A DNA stretch of 31,817 bases, taken from the IMG/VR virus record IMGVR_UViG_3300035670_000097, positions 62,001-93,817 of that record, one strand, 5' to 3'. The position numbers and the translations under genes are program-made. Source of the DNA: an uncultured virus (IMG/VR IMGVR_UViG_3300035670_000097). Taxonomy: Duplodnaviria; Heunggongvirae; Uroviricota; Caudoviricetes. Every line of letters starts with the position of its first letter. Position 1 is the first letter of the stretch. Shown one piece after another: positions 14,867-25,200 of the stretch. The notes under the pieces are model-generated. The model ran no database searches. It was not told where the DNA came from and worked only from the letters and a program-made list of their open reading frames with translations.

Positions 14867-17800
14867 TGGCAAGAAATATAATCACTGTTGATGTAGAAGC
14901 AAGGTCTGGAGGCTCTTTTGATAGAGTTGGTCTCGAGGCTCGGCGTGCTGGAGGTGGTTTAAATCAAGCAGCAGAAGGAGCTGCCCAAGCCGATCGTAAT
15001 ATTAAAGGTGCGGCTAATGCTTCATCTAACGCCACAAAAAACTTTTCTAAAATGTCACAAGGCATGGGTGGACTTGTCGCTGCCTATGCTACCGTTGCCG
15101 CTCAAGTTTTTGCTTTATCTGCTGCGTATCAATTTTTATTAAATGCGGCAGATTTTCGTATTCTTTTGGAAGGTCAAAAAGCTTTAACAGCTACTACTGG
15201 TCTTGCTTATACTTCGATTACCAAATCTATTCAAAAAGCTACAAATGCTCAGTTAGCATATCAAGAAGCTGCTCAATCGGCAGCCATCAGTACAGCAGCA
15301 GGGCTTGGCGCAGATCAAGTTACTCGCTTAGCAGAACTTGCTGATACAATTTCGAAGACGCTAGGCCGTGATTTAACGGATACTTTTAATCGACTTGTTC
15401 GAGGTATTACAAAAGCCGAACCAGAACTGTTGGACGAATTAGGTATTGTACTTCGATTAAAAGACGCTACAGAAGAATATGCTCTTTCTGTAGGCAAGAG
15501 CGCATCCTCTTTAACTTCGTATGAAAGAACTCAAGCCGTATTTTTAAATACAGTTGGTCAAGGAGAGGAAAAATTTGGAGCGCTTGGTGATACACTCGAC
15601 GGCTCTTCAAATAAAATACGACAACTTGGCGTCGCTTTAGGCGAAGTCGCAAATAAACTAAAGCCTGTTATCAGTGCTGTAAGCGAGTTTGCTGCGGGAG
15701 CTTTAACTGAAAATCTTGCTGCGACTATTACAACTTTTGGCCTTTTGGCGGGAGGAGTACTAAAACAACTTCTTCCGAGTATTCGAGAGGTAGAAGAAAA
15801 TTATGCCGCCGCCGCGGATCGAATGGCAGAGAAACAAACAAGGTTTAATAAATCATTAGAAGAAACTCGAGCCTCTCAGCGAGTTTTGAGCCGAATGGCG
15901 GGCAGAGAAGCACAAGGCGCACAAGCGGCAATTGGTGATATTAATGCGGAAACTAGAGCAGCTCGAGCCGCTCAAGGCATACAAACGCCAATTTCTAAAA
16001 CAATGCAAAAACTTGCAACTGGACAACTTGATCCAAATTCAGCAGCTTTTAAAAAATTTAGAGCTAGTGTAGATAAAGAATTAAAACTTTTAGAACAAAG
16101 CAATGCCACAACTGTTACTCGTATGAGAACTCAATTTGTAGGCATGACACGCGCACAATTACTTGCTATGCAAAACGCCACTACACTTATGATGGGGCAG
16201 CAGACTCGATTGGAAATAAACCAACAAAGATTAATTAATGCGGGCACGATAGGCTACACAAGACTTCGACTAGCTATCAATGGCGTAGCAGCAGCACTTT
16301 CAACTGGCGCCCGTGCTGCTGCTACTTTTGGCATGGCACTATTAAGCTTTTTAGGCTGGGTTGGCCTTGCTATAACTTTAGGCACTCTTCTTTATCAGGG
16401 TATTGTAGCAATATATAACTATCTTAATAAGCCTGTAAAAACTGACGGGTTAACGCCGTTGTCAGAGAGGCTTACTTCTTTAAGTGACGAGACAAAAACA
16501 CTAGTTCAAGATTTTGAAAAAATGCAAGAAAAGGCGGACTCGTTTAACATTAAAGGAGTCTCCGGCCAAATAGAGTTTTTTGGAAATGCCGCAACCTCCC
16601 TTCCGATTGATAGTCTTATAAGTTCCCTTGGTAAATTAGATGCTAAACAAAGATTTTTTACTTCTACTCTTCTAGAGACTTCGAGCGTAGAAAGAGAAGT
16701 TGCCGCAAATAGACAAAAAGCTCAATCAAATTTAGAAGATGCTACAAATAGTAGCATAGCTAGCCTAGAAAAGTATAGAAAGAAACAAGAAGAGCTTAAA
16801 GCTTTAGAGTCTTTTTCTGAAAAGGAAGCAAATGCTATAGCTAATCTGACTACAGAAACTTATGCTTCATTAGCTGCATTTGCCAAGCTCGATCCTAGAT
16901 TAAAAGAGCAGGCTGCAATTCTCAGTGATGCTGCCGTAGAATCAAATAAACTGTCAGAGCAGTTCAAAGAAGGTAAAAAAGACGTTTTTGCTCTTAGTGC
17001 AGGGCTCTCTCGTCTCGCTAGAGATACAAAATCGGCGACAACCGAAGTTATAGCGGCTGCTCAGAAATGGAGGGATGCTTCCGCAGCTTTTTCTTCTTTA
17101 CAGCAATCTATAAAAACTTACAATGATAGAATACGGGGTTCTATAAACTTAACTGAAATTCAGCAATCTTACTTAGAACTGTCTAATATTGCCAAAAATT
17201 ATAATGATACTGTAGCAGCTCTTCCGACTAACGTTAATATTAAGACTTACCAACAATTGGAACAAGTTAAGAACGCTTACAAAGAAGTAATAAAAGTAGT
17301 TAAAGATCTTTATGAAAGACAAAAACTTCTGTCGAAGGAAAAAATTCAACTTAATATTAACGAGAAACAGCTTGGCTTAATTCAAGGAAGCTCGGAAGAG
17401 CTTATAAGATTAAGAGCTAAACAAGAAAGAGCTGCTATTGCTCTTCGGAAAAGAGAAGAAGAATTAGAAATAGAGCGCTTAAATTCAAAATTGAAAGAGC
17501 TTCGTGCAGCAGGGCTTAATATTAAGCCTGAAGCCTTAGCTACCCCAATCGGTGAGTCTATAACAGAAGCAGGAAAAACTCAAGCTGAGTTAGTCGGGGA
17601 GGCTATTGAAAGCTCAGCAGATTATCATGCTAGAGCTATTGCTGAAGCAATGACAGGAAAGTCTTTAAAAGACTTAGGAGAAGAAAACGCTGTCTTTGCT
17701 GACGTTCTCAAAAGAATAGGGGCAAGACAACAACCTAATCAACCAGTCCCCGAAGACGAGATTACGGATGTACCAATACCTTTTAGACCATTAATAATGC

Positions 17801-19680
17801 CAAAAGCAGGCTTACAGGGTGCCTTCGAAGGCGCAGCTATAGATAGCGCTGCACTTTTTGTTGATGCCCTTGATACAGAAATAAAGAATAAAGGACTTAG
17901 TTTAAAACTTTTTGATAATGAAACATTAAAATCGCAAGTTAACGAAGTTTTTGACATATATAAACAAAAAATAGAGAATGCAACTCGCGAAAGCGAGCAA
18001 CGCCTCGCGCCGCTGCGCGAAATTGCCAGTACCGCAGAAGGTTCGGAGCGAGTTCGACAACAACTTTATATTGCAGAGCAAGAAAAAGTGTTATCGGAGC
18101 GTACTGTAGAACTAACTAGAGAAAGAAATGCAGAAGTATTTAAGCTTTTATCTGCCCAAGGTAACTTACAAAGCGTACAACAGGCTATTCTTGATATAGA
18201 AACAAATACTTTAGAACTTGCTGACGAAGCGAAACAAAAAGCGCTTGATAAATTGAGATATGAAGAACAACTTTTACTTATCGCAGAAAAATACAATAAG
18301 CTGAATCAAGAAAGACAAATTCAAGAAAAGTTTTTAAGTTTATCCGCAGGATCTTATGCCGACGCAGCACGTGAAAGTCTTGCTGTTGCGAGCGCTACAA
18401 ATGAAACTAATCAAATTGCTGAAGAAATTAATGCTCGAAAATTGCGTATGTTAGATTTAACCAGTGCTTTAGAAATGGAAGCAGATGGCAAAAAGCAACA
18501 GCAATTACTCAAAGAAATTCAGGCCGAACAAAGCCTTTTAGAAAAGAATGCAGAATCTTATGCTCTTTCAAAAGCATCTCTTGAAGTTTTAAAAGAGCAG
18601 GTAAGCGTTGTATACAAAATTGGAGAGGCCGCAAAAAGTGCCCTCGGAGAAGGGCTGACTCAAGAATTTGCAAACTTTTTAAAAGGCGGATTGGTCGATG
18701 TAGAAAAAAGCTTTTTAACTATTCTTCAGGGCGTAGGAAATGCTGTTGCAGATCAGATGGCAAAAATGCTTTCTGATAGTGCAATGAATATACTCGGAAT
18801 GGGTCCTATATCTGAAGAGCAAAAAGCATTAGAGCGCGCTAAAGTAATTGCGGAAGCGCAAGCAAAAATTCATACTGATGCACTTATTCCAGTATTTGAA
18901 GCGCACGCAAATAGTATTAGAGGAGCTCTTCCAGCCGGGGCAATTAGTGGGGTCCCTCTTGTAGATGCAAATGCTGTACCGCCTGGCTTCACTTTAGAAG
19001 GAGGGCTAGCAGGAACTGCTCAACCAGAGGCGGGGCCTAAAACTCTTAGTAAAAAATTTCAAGGCTTGGGAGATGATTTAAGAAACTGGAGTAAAAACGT
19101 TAAAGAAACTTTTGCTAAAGAGGATACTCCATTTTTAGATAAGTTAGGGAGTATATTTAATCCTGAGGCTGACTGGCTTAAAGGCATGGTAGGGGGCTTG
19201 ACCGGAGTTCTCGGAGCTTTTGCCATGAGTAAGCTCGGAGGAGGGGACCCCGGATCTTGGAGAAATGCAATTGTAGGTGGAATTATTTCTGCCGCTACTG
19301 CCGGATTTGGTGGATTTATGCAAGGCGTAGGAACTTCCTTTTTTGCAGCAAATGGAGCTGTATTCCCGGGCGGTTTTCGTTCATATGCAAACGGTGGAAT
19401 GGTAAAAGAGCCTACTCTTGGGCTGGTTGGCGAAGGAAAGTATAATGAAGCAATTGTACCTTTGCCCGACGGAAGATCTATTCCAGTAATTATGCAAGGA
19501 GCCGGAGGGGATCGAACAACTGTAGGAATTAATGTTAATGTTAACTCTTCCGGTCAAGCTCAAACTAACAGTCAAGGTCAAGGAGACCGGGGAGTTGCGA
19601 TGGCTCAAGCGCTCTCGGCAGTTGTTCAACAAGAAATTAAGAGACAAAAACGTCCTGGCGGTTTATTAAGCCCGTACTAA
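14866..19680 (+). CDS. tail tape measure protein (1604 aa)
   Basis: T5 pb2-like N-terminus (LVAAYATVAAQVFAL, KAEPELLDELGI), hydrophobic segment, coiled coil, lambdoid C-terminus RPGGLL. Confidence 0.95.
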   Translation: MARNIITVDVEARSGGSFDRVGLEARRAGGGLNQAAEGAAQADRNIKGAANASSNATKNFSKMSQGMGGLVAAYATVAAQVFALSAAYQFLLNAADFRILLEGQKALTATTGLAYTSITKSIQKATNAQLAYQEAAQSAAISTAAGLGADQVTRLAELADTISKTLGRDLTDTFNRLVRGITKAEPELLDELGIVLRLKDATEEYALSVGKSASSLTSYERTQAVFLNTVGQGEEKFGALGDTLDGSSNKIRQLGVALGEVANKLKPVISAVSEFAAGALTENLAATITTFGLLAGGVLKQLLPSIREVEENYAAAADRMAEKQTRFNKSLEETRASQRVLSRMAGREAQGAQAAIGDINAETRAARAAQGIQTPISKTMQKLATGQLDPNSAAFKKFRASVDKELKLLEQSNATTVTRMRTQFVGMTRAQLLAMQNATTLMMGQQTRLEINQQRLINAGTIGYTRLRLAINGVAAALSTGARAAATFGMALLSFLGWVGLAITLGTLLYQGIVAIYNYLNKPVKTDGLTPLSERLTSLSDETKTLVQDFEKMQEKADSFNIKGVSGQIEFFGNAATSLPIDSLISSLGKLDAKQRFFTSTLLETSSVEREVAANRQKAQSNLEDATNSSIASLEKYRKKQEELKALESFSEKEANAIANLTTETYASLAAFAKLDPRLKEQAAILSDAAVESNKLSEQFKEGKKDVFALSAGLSRLARDTKSATTEVIAAAQKWRDASAAFSSLQQSIKTYNDRIRGSINLTEIQQSYLELSNIAKNYNDTVAALPTNVNIKTYQQLEQVKNAYKEVIKVVKDLYERQKLLSKEKIQLNINEKQLGLIQGSSEELIRLRAKQERAAIALRKREEELEIERLNSKLKELRAAGLNIKPEALATPIGESITEAGKTQAELVGEAIESSADYHARAIAEAMTGKSLKDLGEENAVFADVLKRIGARQQPNQPVPEDEITDVPIPFRPLIMPKAGLQGAFEGAAIDSAALFVDALDTEIKNKGLSLKLFDNETLKSQVNEVFDIYKQKIENATRESEQRLAPLREIASTAEGSERVRQQLYIAEQEKVLSERTVELTRERNAEVFKLLSAQGNLQSVQQAILDIETNTLELADEAKQKALDKLRYEEQLLLIAEKYNKLNQERQIQEKFLSLSAGSYADAARESLAVASATNETNQIAEEINARKLRMLDLTSALEMEADGKKQQQLLKEIQAEQSLLEKNAESYALSKASLEVLKEQVSVVYKIGEAAKSALGEGLTQEFANFLKGGLVDVEKSFLTILQGVGNAVADQMAKMLSDSAMNILGMGPISEEQKALERAKVIAEAQAKIHTDALIPVFEAHANSIRGALPAGAISGVPLVDANAVPPGFTLEGGLAGTAQPEAGPKTLSKKFQGLGDDLRNWSKNVKETFAKEDTPFLDKLGSIFNPEADWLKGMVGGLTGVLGAFAMSKLGGGDPGSWRNAIVGGIISAATAGFGGFMQGVGTSFFAANGAVFPGGFRSYANGGMVKEPTLGLVGEGKYNEAIVPLPDGRSIPVIMQGAGGDRTTVGINVNVNSSGQAQTNSQGQGDRGVAMAQALSAVVQQEIKRQKRPGGLLSPY

Positions 19681-19688
19681 GTAAAATT

Positions 19689-20060
19689 ATGGCAATAGGA
19701 TTTAATGATGGAGTTGCAAATCGAATTCCCGATCGTACGATGCAAAAGCGAAGCACTGCTAGAGTTCTGCTTGCTTCCTTTGGAGATGGGTACGAGCAGC
19801 GCCTCCCTTTAGGTATCAATACCTTGAATCAAGAATATGGAGTTACATTCCGAACGCGGCCAAAAGCCGAAATAGATGATATTGTAACTTTTCTTGAGGG
19901 CACAAAAGGTGCTAATAGCTTTAACTTTACAGTGCCAAATACAAACTCTACAAATAACGAGAGCACAATTAAAGTTGTTTGTGCAGATTTTTCTACAACC
20001 TATGAATATGATGAGTTTTATACTCTTGAAGCAACTTTTAGACGAGTTTACGAACCATGA
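19689..20060 (+). CDS. minor tail protein, lambda gpM-like (distal tail)
   Basis: FGDGYEQR..GIN, ATFRRVYEP. Confidence 0.92.
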   Translation: MAIGFNDGVANRIPDRTMQKRSTARVLLASFGDGYEQRLPLGINTLNQEYGVTFRTRPKAEIDDIVTFLEGTKGANSFNFTVPNTNSTNNESTIKVVCADFSTTYEYDEFYTLEATFRRVYEP

Positions 20061-21217
20061 CAGATATAGTACGCGATTTACAAAAACAAAATCCTGGCTC
20101 CTCTTTAATTGTATTATACGAATTGGAAATGCCAGATGGAGTAACTACTTGGTACTTTCACGATGGAAAAAATGCAAATACTAGTCAAAATATTACTTTT
20201 GATGGAAATACTTATGAGTGTATCCCTGTTCAATTTGATGGGGTAGACATTACTTCCGATGGGCCTGGGTCCAGGCCTACTCTTATAATCGGAAATGTAC
20301 TTACAGTATTTAAAGACGCATTAGGAGCTGGGTATACTTATGAAGATCTGCTTGGTCGAAAATTTACTCGACGCCGTACTCTTTCCGCCTATCTAACCTC
20401 CAGTCCTGCTGTGGAGCTTCCCAAAGACATTTTTTATGTTGATCGTATTGCAAGTACTTCAATTTTAAGTGTTTCAATTGAGCTTGCTTCGCCCTTTGAT
20501 ATTGAAGGAATCAAGCTTCCAGCTCGAACCATTATTGGTGGCGGTTGTAGTTGGCAATATCAAGGAGCCTCCTCTGGGTTAAGTGAAAGTCAAAAAGTGG
20601 GGGGATGTACTTGGAATCGTTTTAGCTCAATTAGTATACCCGGAGGAAGCGATTACACAAACTATGTGAACTCAAACGATGAACCTGTAGTTCCAATTGC
20701 CGCGGTTGTAGGAGCTTGGGCGGGTTCGGGAAGTGTTAATTCTATTTATTCTACTGACCAAGATGGGCTAACTCGAATTAACAAAGATCGAACTTTTACA
20801 ACTGGAGTTACGGGTAAAAATTATTGGCAAATGGTTAAAGCTTCACCAGGTACTCCAAGTGACACAAACCCAGCCTGGCGACGTGTTCGAGTATATTCAT
20901 CTTATAGCTCATCTGGTACTTATACAGTATTTACCGATCCTAGCTATAATAGTTATGTTACTTATAACTATGACGGCGGTACTCGACTATTTAAAAAAAT
21001 TTATGCAACACAAGGTAGTACGTCGGAAGGATCAACTCCTGCTTATAATAAATTTTGGGAATTAGGAGACGTTTGTGGAAAAAGACTTTTTTCTTGTACT
21101 CGAAGATTTCAATACAGACCAGCAACTTCTAGTGGACAGCCTGTTCCAAGCACCGACTATAATCAAGAAATTATACTCCCGTTTGGAGGATTTCCTGGCT
21201 CCAGATCATATAACTAA
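20057..21217 (+). CDS. minor tail protein, lambda gpL-like
   Basis: ELASPFD..LPAR, CSWQY..C..CGKRLFSC..RF, FGGFPG. Confidence 0.92.
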   Translation: MTDIVRDLQKQNPGSSLIVLYELEMPDGVTTWYFHDGKNANTSQNITFDGNTYECIPVQFDGVDITSDGPGSRPTLIIGNVLTVFKDALGAGYTYEDLLGRKFTRRRTLSAYLTSSPAVELPKDIFYVDRIASTSILSVSIELASPFDIEGIKLPARTIIGGGCSWQYQGASSGLSESQKVGGCTWNRFSSISIPGGSDYTNYVNSNDEPVVPIAAVVGAWAGSGSVNSIYSTDQDGLTRINKDRTFTTGVTGKNYWQMVKASPGTPSDTNPAWRRVRVYSSYSSSGTYTVFTDPSYNSYVTYNYDGGTRLFKKIYATQGSTSEGSTPAYNKFWELGDVCGKRLFSCTRRFQYRPATSSGQPVPSTDYNQEIILPFGGFPGSRSYN

Positions 21218-21506
21218 TTTAGTCTTTGATTGTTGCAGAGAGTACCCGAAAGAAATCTGTGGAGTGACTTTAAATTCAAAATGGTACAAAGCTAAAAATG
21301 TGGCAGAAACTCCTAACAATGATTTTGTAATGAACGATTTAGATTGGATTAAATTTCAGTTATTAGGCAGCCCTTCAGCAATTGTTCATAGTCATCCAAG
21401 AAGCGGAGCAAATTTAAGCGAATTTGATAGAGTACAGCAGGCTCGATTTAAAATACCTTTTATAATAATCTCATTACGAGATTGGAATGTGGAAATTTAT
21501 TCATGA
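21183..21506 (+). CDS. gpK-like JAB/MPN domain tail assembly protein without NlpC/P60 domain (start uncertain)
   Basis: EYPKEICG, AIVHSHP, LSEFD; no ATG available, TTG 21183 chosen tentatively. Confidence 0.75.
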   Translation: MEDFLAPDHITNLVFDCCREYPKEICGVTLNSKWYKAKNVAETPNNDFVMNDLDWIKFQLLGSPSAIVHSHPRSGANLSEFDRVQQARFKIPFIIISLRDWNVEIYS

Positions 21507-22294
21507 TACGAAAAGTTCATTTAATGGGAAATTTAGGAAAACAGTTCGGAGAGGAGTGGTCAGTAAACTGCACCACTGTTTCAGAATGTCTTCGTCTTAT
21601 CGAGTGCCAAGCCACAAATTTTAGAAAATACCTTATAGAAATCGTAGAGCAGGGCACAAATTTTTCTGTTCGTACAGGAGAAGAACTAATAGGAACGGGC
21701 GAAGAGCTATTCATGAATGTAAATGCAGAAGATATTTATATTACTGAGATTCCTGCGGGCTCTGGGGGTTGGGGAAAAATTCTCGTTGGAGCTTTACTGA
21801 TTACAGCAGCAATTTTTGTACCCTATTTACCAGTGTTTCTTTCCACAGTTACTACTACAACTATAGGTGCTGGAGGACTGGCTACAGCTACCGTAACTCT
21901 TGGCACTACTGGTGCCGGGGCTTTTGCGGCGATGGCTCTTGGTAGTATAGGATTAAATTTAATCATGGCTGGAGTAAATGAACTTCTTATGCCTAAACCA
22001 GATAAAGGAAAAGCTGGTGGAGCAATATTTTCAGGCCCTGTAAATAACGTCAAACAGGGGCAGCCTGTTCCTTTGCTTTATGGTGAATTAATCGTAGGCG
22101 GATCTCCAATTTCTTCCACGTTTACAAAAGCAAAAATTAACTCAACCGGAGTAGCTTATAGCTCTGCTAGTTCAATTCCAGGCGCTACGCCTACATATAC
22201 TGGAGGCAGCCCGACACCTTTTGTTTCTGAAGGAAGTTTTAATAGTCCAATGGAAGTACTTCCGTTACTTCGTATTACACCAGAGGGGGTCTAA
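21503..22294 (+). CDS. tail assembly protein, lambda gpI-like
   Basis: RKVHLMGNLGKQFG, FSGPVN..QGQPVPLLYGELIVG; ATGA overlap. Confidence 0.92.
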   Translation: MIRKVHLMGNLGKQFGEEWSVNCTTVSECLRLIECQATNFRKYLIEIVEQGTNFSVRTGEELIGTGEELFMNVNAEDIYITEIPAGSGGWGKILVGALLITAAIFVPYLPVFLSTVTTTTIGAGGLATATVTLGTTGAGAFAAMALGSIGLNLIMAGVNELLMPKPDKGKAGGAIFSGPVNNVKQGQPVPLLYGELIVGGSPISSTFTKAKINSTGVAYSSASSIPGATPTYTGGSPTPFVSEGSFNSPMEVLPLLRITPEGV

Positions 22295-25200
22295 ATGGGC
22301 GGCATACCAAATTATAATAAGATTAACTCTAATCCAAATCAGCCTGATACAACTAGTGCTACCTCGCAGAGTACCATACAGTTTAATAATAACGCTCAAT
22401 ATGCTCTTATCTATGATTTGATTTCAGAAGGCGAAATTAGCGGATTGGTTGAAGGAGCTAAAAGTGTATTTTTAAATGGTACTCGTCTTACTGATACAGC
22501 TTCTGCATCCTCGGTTAGTCCTATCGGCACTACTACAGGAACTTTTACAGCCAGTAGTACTACGGTAACTGCTTCTGGCGGTCTTTCTGGAACTCTGAAT
22601 AGACTAATAATTTTAGAAAGGGGCGGTAAACGTTCTTCTACTTTTTCCGGGACATCTGGTAGTAATGTACTGAATACAGGAAGTGCTTATTTTGAAAATA
22701 GTATGATTGGAGGCTCCACAAGCGGAGCGGGGTTAGCAACAACTCGCAGAATTCGAGTAGATGGTTTAGGTCCAAATGGGCGTGAATATATTGGTACAAT
22801 TGTAAAACGTATAAGCGACACTAGCGCTGAAGTTTCTCCTGCTATTTCAACTACAGGCTCTGGAAAATCAGGAGGGCTAGATCATCTTACTGTAGTTACT
22901 GCCGTAAATAGCTCATCTTCTATAACAGTAGCTCAAGCTCCTCAAAGCTCTGGCACTAAGTTTCAAATTGTTACAATTACTCCTAATAATACTATTCAAG
23001 CTCCTGTAGACGATCGCTGGAACTTTAAAAATGTAACTCTTGACTTTAGAGCTGGATCAAGAGAGCAAAGCATAGTAGAAAAAAATAGTTTACCTACTGC
23101 AAGTTTTTTGACTAGCATTGGAGAAGAACTACAATGGGGCTTAGGGTACGGTGGGGACGCAAACCCTCTGGCCTATAGTAGTGCAGCTCTTGGGGTCGGT
23201 ACAGATCCCTCAGAAGTAGATAAGATAAAAATAGGTATAGAATTTCCTGGGGGGCTTTATGTAAATACAGGGGAAAAGGCTAAAATTCAACGTACTGTTA
23301 TGGGAATTCGCGTTGAATTTCAATATACTCAAGGCGGCGTTTCAAAATCTGCTGTAATTGTTGGACCAACGTCTTCAGCAGGCTGGCCCGATGCTGTGCG
23401 AGGGTTTGATTGGATTAGCTATTTACAAAATAGAGGAGGAATAATTGGAGAGTCTACTTCACCTTTTGTGCAAGACATTGAGTTTTCTGTAGAAAAATTT
23501 AAGCCTTTTACAGATTTTTCTATTTTAGTTACCAGAACAACTCCTCATATTTCTGACGATTTTCCTACTAAAGACAATACTTTTATATTTTCTGCTCGAT
23601 TGAAGTATGTTGAACTTCAAATTGTTGATAAATTTAGTTACCCATTAAGTGCTTATGCAGCAATGAGCTTTCCTGCCGAAGGATTCTCTAATCTTCCAAC
23701 ACGCTCATATCATGTTCGCGGGCTAAAGATTAAAGTACCTAGTAACTATATTACTCGAGAAGAGAGCGCTGATAGCGTTGCAAAATATATTGGTCAGTGG
23801 GACGGAACCTTTATTACAAAGTATACCAATAATCCTGCGTGGATTTTTTACGATCTTGCAACAAACAATCGTTATGGATTAGGTAAATATATAGATCCTA
23901 CGCTTATAGATAAGTTTTCATTGTATAGAATTGCAAGATATTGCGACGAGCTTGTTCCCGACGGAAAAGGCGGCCAAGAGCCGCGATTTACGTGTAACGT
24001 TTATATTTTTCAAGCTGAAGAAGCTTATAAGCTAATGAGAGACCTGGCTAGTACTTTTAGAGCGCTTACTTACTGGGCTCAAGGTAGCTTAATCACTGTA
24101 CAGGATAGTCCAAAAGAAGCAATTTATACTTTTACGCAAGGTAATGTAATTGATGGGATATTTAATTATGAGTACTCTGGAAGAAATGCTCGATATAATG
24201 AGATTAACGTAACTTGGACAAATCCTGATCAATTTTATCAACAAGACGTATTAACGGTTACCGATCATACCGACGTTATTAAGCGTGGAAGAGTCGTACC
24301 TATGGATACGATTGCTTTTGGCTGTACTAGCGAAAGTCAAGCATACCGAGTTGCAAACTGGAATTTATTGACTTCGCAGCTTGAAACGGAATTTATCTCT
24401 TTTGGCACAGGCATAAATGCCAGCTTTTTACTGCCTGGAGATATTATAAATGTACAAGATCACCATTTACAAGCAGTTCAAGCTAGCGGACGAGTTCGGT
24501 CTGCGGCGAGCGCAACTTCTATTACTCTTGATAGAAATGTTACTTTGACTGCCGGAAGCACTTATAAACTGCATTTAATTTTTGACGGCCCCGGATGTTA
24601 TTTACAGCAAGCTTCAGCAACAATTGGGGGAACAACTTATACTCGAGGCGATTTAATTCCAGGAATTGATACTAGCGAAGAGGCCGCTCTTTTAGTAGAC
24701 GCTAGTAATAATCCTGTTGCGGTATCTTTTAGTGCGGATAGTCATGTTCAAACTAAAACTATCAATAATTCTTTGCCGTATACAGGAAATACAATTACTG
24801 TGTCATCTGCCTTTTCTTCTACTCCTTCGAGCGAAGTAATTTGGGCAATAGAAAACGCAACACTTGATGCTGCTGGAAACGCTAAACAATATCGAATTTT
24901 AAATATTAAAGAAGAAGAGAACCACACATATTCAATTGTAGCAGCATTGTACGCTCCTGAAAAATTTGAAGAGCTTGAAGCTAAAGTTAAAATTGCCGCG
25001 CCTCCATTCTCTGGGCCTCGCCCCGGGGACGATGTCCCTCCAGTAACAAACTTAAATGTTGTGTATACTCGTACAGTTCTGGACGAAGAATTCGAAGAGG
25101 TTGACAGTACTTATTATGCTCTTATTTCTTGGACACCTCCTGAAGAGACCTATAGAGACAGCGCTAATAATTCCGTTACTCGAGCCTACCCGTATGTTGT

